Source: an uncultured Phycisphaerales bacterium
GTDB lineage: Bacteria > Planctomycetota > Phycisphaerae > Phycisphaerales > JAGLTS01
DNA: 37,143 nt
Direction of reading: 5' to 3'
Assembly (NCBI GenBank): GCA_964655955.1
Contig: CAZZPX010000001.1
Coordinates: forward strand, 1-37,143
The translations under genes were made by a program, and so were the position numbers. The notes under the pieces were generated by a model. It did not search any database, was not told the origin of the DNA, and saw nothing but the letters and a program-made list of their open reading frames with translations. Below are positions 32,074 through 37,143 of this stretch, one piece after another (positions within the stretch are counted from its first letter, which is position 1; the number at the start of each line of letters is the position of its first letter).

Positions 32074-33470
32074 GCGAGTACACAGTAGGGCAGGGCGGCG
32101 ACTTCCCGACATTGGCGGCCGCGGCGAAGGCAGTCAAGCCGGGCGATGTGGTGCGCGTCATGCCCGGCGTCTACCGCGAGGTGCTGGTTTGTGACGTGCC
32201 CGGCGTGACGTGGTACGGCGAGGGCGACGCGACCATAGACGGCGGTTGGGACGGCAAGACCAAGACCAGCTCGTGGCAGACGCAACTGGCCATCACCGCG
32301 CCGGGTGTGACCGTTGACGGCCTCGTTGTGCGTAACTGCCCCGGCCGGGCGGTGGGGGTCATGGCCGATGATGTGCTGTTTCAAAATTGCCTGCTCGAAG
32401 TCACCTATCGCGGTGCGATTTTGGTCGGCGATTCGTCGAGCGCGGCAATCGAAAATGTGGTCATCCGCGGCAACACGATGCGACGCATGTCGCTGTCGTG
32501 GGTGGTCGGCGACCGGGGCGCGAACGGCCGCAGCGTCAACGGTAGTTTCAACGTCCAAAACGTCAGGGCCGGTCTCATCGAGCACAACATCCTCCATGAC
32601 GGCTACGGCGAGGGTATCAACATCGGCCGCGGGTCCGACGGCGTGACGGTGCGCGAGAATACGGTCTATTCGACGGCCCACGTGCTCATCTATGTCAACC
32701 GGGCGCAGCGCACGAACATCATCGGCAACCGGCTGTACCACATCCCCAACCCGCTTTACGGCGGGCCAAAGGGCGACCGCATGAGCGCGGCCATCGTTAT
32801 AGGCGATGAGGGCGGGCCGATTACGAGCCAGCACCCGGCGTCCGAGGGCACGATCATCCGTGACAATCTCGTGGTCAACGCCGGGGCGCTGTTGCAGGTG
32901 CGCAACAACGCCAACAATTACGACACCCAGCTACTCGACACGGTCATCGAAAATAATACGTTCGTGGCCGGGCCGAGCACGCGGGACGGCATCATTATCC
33001 AGAGCAACCAGCGCGGGCGGCCGCACCGCGACAACGTCTTTCGGCGCAACGTCATCCACTTTGACAACGCGCCGGCCGGGGCTGATATCGGCTCGCACGG
33101 GCAGGGGAGCGGCGTGGCGTTTGAGAGCAACGCATGGAGCGGCAAGCCGCCGAAAGCCATGCAAAGCGCCGGTGATATCTACGGCGACCTGATGCTGGCC
33201 AATCCGGGCGCGAATGACCTGGGGCCGGTGGGGTTACGTCTGGACAACTACCGGCCAGCGGCCGGGTCGCCGCTGGGCTTGCCGGTGGGCTGGATTGGGG
33301 CGCTCGCGCCCGCGGTCGTGGAACCGGAAGAGCCGCCGCCCGACCCGGAGCCTGTGCCGCCGGTTGTGGACGCGGCGGCCGTGCGCGAGCAGTTGGCCGT
33401 CATCCGGCTGGCGGCGGATGAGATTGAGCGATTGGTTGAGGCGGCCGCGCGGCCGCAAATTAAGGAATAG
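32070..33470 (+). CDS. right-handed parallel beta-helix (pectate-lyase-fold/DUF1565-like) protein; putative polysaccharide depolymerase
   Basis: GGDFPTLAAAAKAVKPGDVVRVMPGVYRE N-terminus, then repeated ...I.GN.. beta-helix rungs. ATGA overlap after AGGAGGAACGA. C-terminal Pro-rich and helical tail. Confidence 0.8.
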   Translation: MSEYTVGQGGDFPTLAAAAKAVKPGDVVRVMPGVYREVLVCDVPGVTWYGEGDATIDGGWDGKTKTSSWQTQLAITAPGVTVDGLVVRNCPGRAVGVMADDVLFQNCLLEVTYRGAILVGDSSSAAIENVVIRGNTMRRMSLSWVVGDRGANGRSVNGSFNVQNVRAGLIEHNILHDGYGEGINIGRGSDGVTVRENTVYSTAHVLIYVNRAQRTNIIGNRLYHIPNPLYGGPKGDRMSAAIVIGDEGGPITSQHPASEGTIIRDNLVVNAGALLQVRNNANNYDTQLLDTVIENNTFVAGPSTRDGIIIQSNQRGRPHRDNVFRRNVIHFDNAPAGADIGSHGQGSGVAFESNAWSGKPPKAMQSAGDIYGDLMLANPGANDLGPVGLRLDNYRPAAGSPLGLPVGWIGALAPAVVEPEEPPPDPEPVPPVVDAAAVREQLAVIRLAADEIERLVEAAARPQIKE

Positions 33471-33485
33471 ATAGGAGAAAAAATC

Positions 33486-33797
33486 ATGGAAGCAAATCTG
33501 TTGGTAGGCATCGCGGGTATTCTGTTGTCGCTGGGGTTTGGCTACATCCCCGGCCTGAGCGACTGGTACAACGCGCTCGACGGCGTACGCAAGGCGCAGG
33601 TCATGGCGGCGCTGCTGCTCGTGTCGGCCGTGGGCGTGTTTCTGGCCGGGTGTTACTCGCCGTGGCAGGCGGTCACGTGCGATGAGGCCGGATTTTGGGG
33701 CCTTGTTGAGTTGCTTGTGACGGCGCTGATTACCAATCAGGCGACGTATCAAATCGCGGTGCGGCCGTCGAAATCGGCCGCGCCTGAAGCTGTTTAG
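33486..33797 (+). CDS. membrane protein (holin candidate 2)
   Basis: RBS tAGGAGaaaaaatcATG. Three hydrophobic segments. Confidence 0.7.
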   Translation: MEANLLVGIAGILLSLGFGYIPGLSDWYNALDGVRKAQVMAALLLVSAVGVFLAGCYSPWQAVTCDEAGFWGLVELLVTALITNQATYQIAVRPSKSAAPEAV

Positions 33798-33832
33798 GGT
33801 TAACCGGCTTCGGCCGATAGCCACGGCCGCCG

Positions 33833-34927
33833 GTGTCCCCTCCTGCACCGGCGGCCGTTAACCATATCATGATAGATGCACTCAACGACATTCGTACTCG
33901 CGCCGGACTGCCGGCGCTCGCGCCCAACGTGCAACTCGCTAACGCGGCGCAGCGGCACGTGGTCGACCTGGCCAGCGGCCGCGTTGACCTGAATAACTCG
34001 CACGTTGGCAGCGACGGGTCGACGGTGGCCGGCCGCGTGACGGCCACGGGCTATCCGCTTCAATCCTGCCTTGAGATGACCGGATGGGGCTGGGATGGCG
34101 ACGCGACGCGGGCGGTCGATTATTGGATGCAGTCACAAACGCATTGGCCGATTATCCACGACGCTACCATGACGGAAGCAGGATGGGCCTACCTGTATCA
34201 GCCGGGGGCGCAATGGGGTCACTATTGGGTTGTGGTGCTTGCGCGGCGTGTGGGGCAACCTGACGCGCCTCAGGGCAATCCTGAGCCGCCTCCTACGGTC
34301 TATGTGCCAGTTGTGACGGGGGGGCGGGAAGTGCCGCCGTCGGGGGCTGTTGACCTGTTGCCGTATCTGCGGGGAGACGGCCGCGCGTACATGGTGCGTC
34401 ATCCGTCAGGCGCTCAAGAAAAATTCCGCACGGTCGATTTGGGCGGCGGCCGCTGGCTGCAACTCAAAAATTCGCAATGGGAGGAGTTCCGCGCCGATGG
34501 CCAGTACATCTATCGCGGCGCGGATACGAGCGCGGGCGACGGGCAGTATTACCGCCAATTCGAGGACGGCAGCGAGTGGGCGCGATGGTGTCCGCGATAC
34601 ATGACCATCGGCCAGTCGTGGGCCGCGCCGGTCCCGCATACGGTACAGACGTATGACAAGGGCGACTGCCGGCCGGTTGACCATCACCGCAACGGCCGCG
34701 CGACGAACGCGCTGTCGCTGGCGGCGCGTTACGAGCGGATGACGTTTAGCGGTGTTGTGATTGAGGATGTGATCGAACTGCGAACGCACACCGGCGAGCG
34801 CATGTTCTGGGGGCGCGGCTGGGGATTATGTGCGTGGAAGTCAGCATGGGGCAGTAGCGAGGTTGTCCAGGTACTACCGCCGCATGAGGCCGACAATGAG
34901 CCTGAGCGGGGGTGTTTCGGGCCGTAA
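33833..34927 (+). CDS. CAP/SCP/PR-1-like domain protein with an unassigned ~200-aa Trp/Gly/Arg-rich C-terminal domain
   Basis: NDIRTRAGLPALAPNVQLANAAQRHVVDL...SHVGSDGSTVAGRVTATGY...DYWMQSQTHWPIIHD fits the CAP (YkwD-like) pattern. The start is uncertain (GTG at 33833 or ATG at 33869). Last gene of the rightward operon. Confidence 0.75.
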   Translation: MSPPAPAAVNHIMIDALNDIRTRAGLPALAPNVQLANAAQRHVVDLASGRVDLNNSHVGSDGSTVAGRVTATGYPLQSCLEMTGWGWDGDATRAVDYWMQSQTHWPIIHDATMTEAGWAYLYQPGAQWGHYWVVVLARRVGQPDAPQGNPEPPPTVYVPVVTGGREVPPSGAVDLLPYLRGDGRAYMVRHPSGAQEKFRTVDLGGGRWLQLKNSQWEEFRADGQYIYRGADTSAGDGQYYRQFEDGSEWARWCPRYMTIGQSWAAPVPHTVQTYDKGDCRPVDHHRNGRATNALSLAARYERMTFSGVVIEDVIELRTHTGERMFWGRGWGLCAWKSAWGSSEVVQVLPPHEADNEPERGCFGP

Positions 34928-34982
34928 ACCCGTCGAATTCGACGGGTTTAAAATGCCCCGGCCGTCACGCGCCGACCGGGGC
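34926..34982. terminator. convergent terminator region (two stem-loops)
   Basis: Perfect palindrome AAACCCGTCG-AATT-CGACGGGTTT (34926-34949), then GCCCCGGCCG...CGACCGGGGC (34955-34982), which on the minus strand is followed by ATTTTA. Lies between the convergent operons. Confidence 0.6.
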
Positions 34983-35052
34983 TATGCAGGGCTTGCGCCC
35001 GCGCCCGGCCACCGAAGCGGCCGGGGGAGTGGGGCTATTGTAGCACGGGCGG

Positions 35053-35271
35053 CTAACCCTCTGCCATCTCGCGCTCTACCTGTTGTTTGAACAGGTCAAG
35101 GAACTGCCACGCGCGGCGGGCGTCGCCCCGTAGCACATATTCGTTTTCCATGCTGTAGCGCGGCGGATGCAGCCAGCGGCGCGTGACGACCACGTTCAAT
35201 ACCGGTTCAAGCGTGTCCATGTCCAGCCCACGCCATAGATGCACGCCGCGTATAGATTTCGTCTTTACCAT
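35053..35271 (-). CDS. hypothetical protein
   Basis: RBS aatGGAGGaatgaATG. 72 aa. Confidence 0.7.
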   Translation of the reverse strand: MVKTKSIRGVHLWRGLDMDTLEPVLNVVVTRRWLHPPRYSMENEYVLRGDARRAWQFLDLFKQQVEREMAEG

Positions 35272-35299
35272 TCATTCCTCCATTAAAATCCGCGGCCGT

Positions 35300-36172
35300 T
35301 TATTTTAATCGGCCGGGGGCGGGTTTAAGTTCTTCGTCGGGCGGGTCGGGCGTCAGCGTGGCCGCGCGTCTGACCGTCGGCGCATCCGGCGGCGTGACGG
35401 GCCGCCAGAAATCGGGGTTTGCATAGCGGTGATACCAAGTGCCGTCCGATTCGTAAATCGCGTGATCGGCTATTATTGGCGACATCGTAAACGTCTGGTA
35501 AACACCCGCGGTCTCAGGCGGCTCGCTGACCGGCCGCCACTCATGCGCGGCCAACTGTTTACGGAGGGCGGCGATCTCGGCCTCGGCCGCTTTTCGGGCG
35601 ATGGCCGCAATCGCCGTGACGATCTCGGCCCGAACATCCTCGTCGATGTTGTAAATCTGAAGCTCTTGCTTGATGCCTCTCCTGTCTCTCAGATTGGCGA
35701 TGATGCCCCGGGCGGCGGCGTGCGCCCAATCGACAGCCGGAGGAGGGGGAAGATCTCTGTCATCGCGCTCCATCCATTCGTCGGGTGCGTCGAACGGGAA
35801 AGATGCGCCCGATTCGAGGTCACGCTCGGGATTCGGGTCGGTCGGGTTGTCAATGTATGGATGCGTCATGATTTGTTCCTCTTCATCCGGGCCAAACACC
35901 GCCCGGTCGATGGCCTCGTCAATTTCGGGATGTTCGCGAATCAACCCGTAAGCCTCCCCGTACATCATGTCGGCCAGTTGCTCACGCAGCGCGGCGAGTT
36001 CGGCCTCGGCCGCCTCAGCGCGGGCAATGGCGGCGGCGCGTTGGGCGTGCGTCTGTTTGTGTCTCTCGATCTCACCTTGAAGCGTTTTCAGGACACGATC
36101 CATTGGCAGCCGTCCATCCCACAATGCGGTTACTTCGTCGTCGTCAAAGTCGTATTCGTCTGTCATCATCAT
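35300..36172 (-). CDS. hypothetical protein with duplicated AEAE(L/I)AALR(E/K)QLA helices and a DUF551-like C-terminal domain
   Basis: C-terminus WRPVSEPPETAGVYQTF...AIYESDGTWYH...FWRPVTPP resembles DUF551. Three consecutive ATGs (36172/36169/36166) follow AGGAGA, so the exact start is uncertain. Confidence 0.8.
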   Translation of the reverse strand: MMMTDEYDFDDDEVTALWDGRLPMDRVLKTLQGEIERHKQTHAQRAAAIARAEAAEAELAALREQLADMMYGEAYGLIREHPEIDEAIDRAVFGPDEEEQIMTHPYIDNPTDPNPERDLESGASFPFDAPDEWMERDDRDLPPPPAVDWAHAAARGIIANLRDRRGIKQELQIYNIDEDVRAEIVTAIAAIARKAAEAEIAALRKQLAAHEWRPVSEPPETAGVYQTFTMSPIIADHAIYESDGTWYHRYANPDFWRPVTPPDAPTVRRAATLTPDPPDEELKPAPGRLK

Positions 36173-36176
36173 TCTC

Positions 36177-36383
36177 CTAATCAAACAGCGTCGGGTGGCC
36201 GGACAGCCTCATGCGGATGCTCTCCGGGATACGTTCGGTGTGGTCGCATTCTGGGAAGCGCGGGCAGCCGAGGAACTGGCTTTCGTTTTCCCGGTTCGTG
36301 CGGACGATCAACTTCGCGCCGCACTTGGGGCAGGTCTTTTCGGTCTCGGCCTTATCAGGCAGCGGGGTTATTTTAGTCATCAT
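36177..36383 (-). CDS. topoisomerase-type C4 zinc-finger (zf-C4_Topoisom-like) small protein
   Basis: CPKCGAKLIVRTNRENESQFLGCPRFPECDH is the classic pattern of this finger. Confidence 0.8.
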   Translation of the reverse strand: MMTKITPLPDKAETEKTCPKCGAKLIVRTNRENESQFLGCPRFPECDHTERIPESIRMRLSGHPTLFD

Positions 36384-36664
36384 TCTCCTTCACCGGCTTG
36401 CGGCCGGTTGGCATCGTCATCCGGTTCATTGGCGTCAGCCGTGACAATCGTCTCGCCATTATCCACGTAGCCCGGTATCCAGATGAGGATACCGGGGCCG
36501 CGCTTGGATTCCGTCACGCTCCTAACGCTGATAGCAGGCTCGGCGTCCATCATGGCGACGGCCGTGTTAACCACCAGCCGCACCGCGTCGGCGGCGCTTA
36601 TGCCGTCCTTTTTTGCGCTTGCGGTCTTCCTTTTTGGCCCACTCTCTTTGAGTAATTCCGACAT
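36380..36664 (-). CDS. hypothetical protein
   Basis: ATG at 36664 lies about 5 nt after GAGGGAG. The first 98 nt overlap the 3' end of the upstream ORF in another frame. Confidence 0.6.
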   Translation of the reverse strand: MSELLKESGPKRKTASAKKDGISAADAVRLVVNTAVAMMDAEPAISVRSVTESKRGPGILIWIPGYVDNGETIVTADANEPDDDANRPQAGEGE

Positions 36665-36923
36665 ATCTACTCCCTCGCACGTACACTGTTTTTCCGCTGT
36701 CGTTTACATAAGTGACGGCGCGGCCGTCGTCGTCTTTGACCTGCCAGCGCCAGCGCAGGCGGCCGTCTGAGTTCGTTTCCAGTCGCCAGCCCTTGCCGAT
36801 TGTGTAGATGCCGCTCGATTTGCCACGGTCAATGTCGTCCAGAAAATCGTCATCGTCATCGTGATTTGCCACGGGCGTTTTTAGGCCGTTTCCCTCTTTA
36901 TTTGCCACGGTCAAGACGGCCAT
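36567..36923 (-). CDS. hypothetical protein with Asp-run and Lys/Arg-rich C-terminal tail; first gene of the right-hand leftward operon
   Basis: The first ATG of the track ORF is at 36923. The track start at 36992 is a TTG with no RBS, and the interval between them is occupied by operator-like repeats. Confidence 0.5.
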   Translation of the reverse strand: MAVLTVANKEGNGLKTPVANHDDDDDFLDDIDRGKSSGIYTIGKGWRLETNSDGRLRWRWQVKDDDGRAVTYVNDSGKTVYVRGSRYVGITQREWAKKEDRKRKKGRHKRRRRGAAGG

Positions 36924-36953
36924 TTTTGCTCGTGGCAAATCGCGATTTGCCAC
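36864..36953. promoter_or_regulatory. four ATTTGCCAC half-sites including a perfect 22-bp palindrome
   Basis: GTGGCAAAT-CGCG-ATTTGCCAC (36932-36953) is a perfect palindrome. Extra direct copies lie at 36900-36908 and 36864-36872. Confidence 0.55.
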
Positions 36954-37094
36954 TACCGGCGCGTACCCTTCCGGCGCTTGCCTCAGCCTCAACCATTCCC
37001 CCGGCCACGGGGAGCGCCCGACCGCGGCCGTTACCGAGGGCGGGCGCTGGTTGCCCCCTGCCCCGGCTCGTAGCCGTTTGGCTCGGCTACGGGT

Positions 37095-37109
37095 TGACGC
37101 ACTGCGTCA
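37095..37109. promoter_or_regulatory. palindrome TGACGCA-c-TGCGTCA overlapping a TTGACG -35-like hexamer
   Basis: 7-bp perfect arms read directly. TTGACG lies at 37094-37099. An 8-bp-stem hairpin lies at 37069-37091. Confidence 0.35.
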
Positions 37110-37143
37110 TAGGTACTTTTACCTACGCGGCCGGGGCGCTCGA

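Noticed and set aside
36924-36992. N-terminal extension MRLRQAPEGYAPVVANRDLPRAK of the track ORF 36567..36992
   Set aside because: The start codon is a TTG with no RBS. The segment contains a perfect 22-bp palindrome and reads more convincingly as a regulatory region. The first ATG is at 36923.

Overview
The window is almost entirely one temperate, siphovirus-type (long non-contractile tail, HK97-fold capsid) phage genome from a high-GC host with GGAGG-type ribosome-binding sites. No clear host flank is visible. A tyrosine integrase (4015..4986, minus) sits next to a 45-nt copy of the 3' part of a tRNA-Asp(GUC) gene, with phage genes on both sides, so this looks like attP rather than an integrated junction. 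Layout: (1) a leftward early operon (2878 down to 1) with small Zn-binding proteins, a possible recombination protein and a pentapeptide-repeat protein that runs off the left edge; (2) a low-GC immunity or moron region (2879..3828) with operator-like repeats, a PH-domain gene with its own terminator and an apparently leaderless XRE-type HTH gene; (3) attP and int; (4) a roughly 30-kb rightward, translationally coupled operon (5151..34927) covering replication (initiator with an internal iteron/AT-rich origin, loader-like protein), many small membrane proteins, a LexA-like wHTH protein, a DUF5131 protein, TerS, TerL, portal, MuF-like protein, an in-frame protease-capsid fusion, two glycosyltransferases, connector, tube, frameshifted chaperone, tape measure, minor tail proteins, a LamG/18-aa-repeat fibre and an unusual lysis cassette; (5) convergent terminators at 34926..35024; (6) a second leftward early operon (36923 down to 35053) headed by strong palindromic operator-like sites. 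The most unusual items are a 237-bp gap before the capsid gene holding two face-to-face promoters, a strong terminator and an antisense Arg/Trp-rich micro-ORF; the protease-capsid fusion with a retained internal start; the glycosyltransferase pair inside the head module; and a lysis cassette with no recognisable muramidase or amidase but with an EAD-like adaptor domain, a beta-helix protein and a CAP-domain protein. All functional calls come from my own reading of motifs and synteny. No database search was run.
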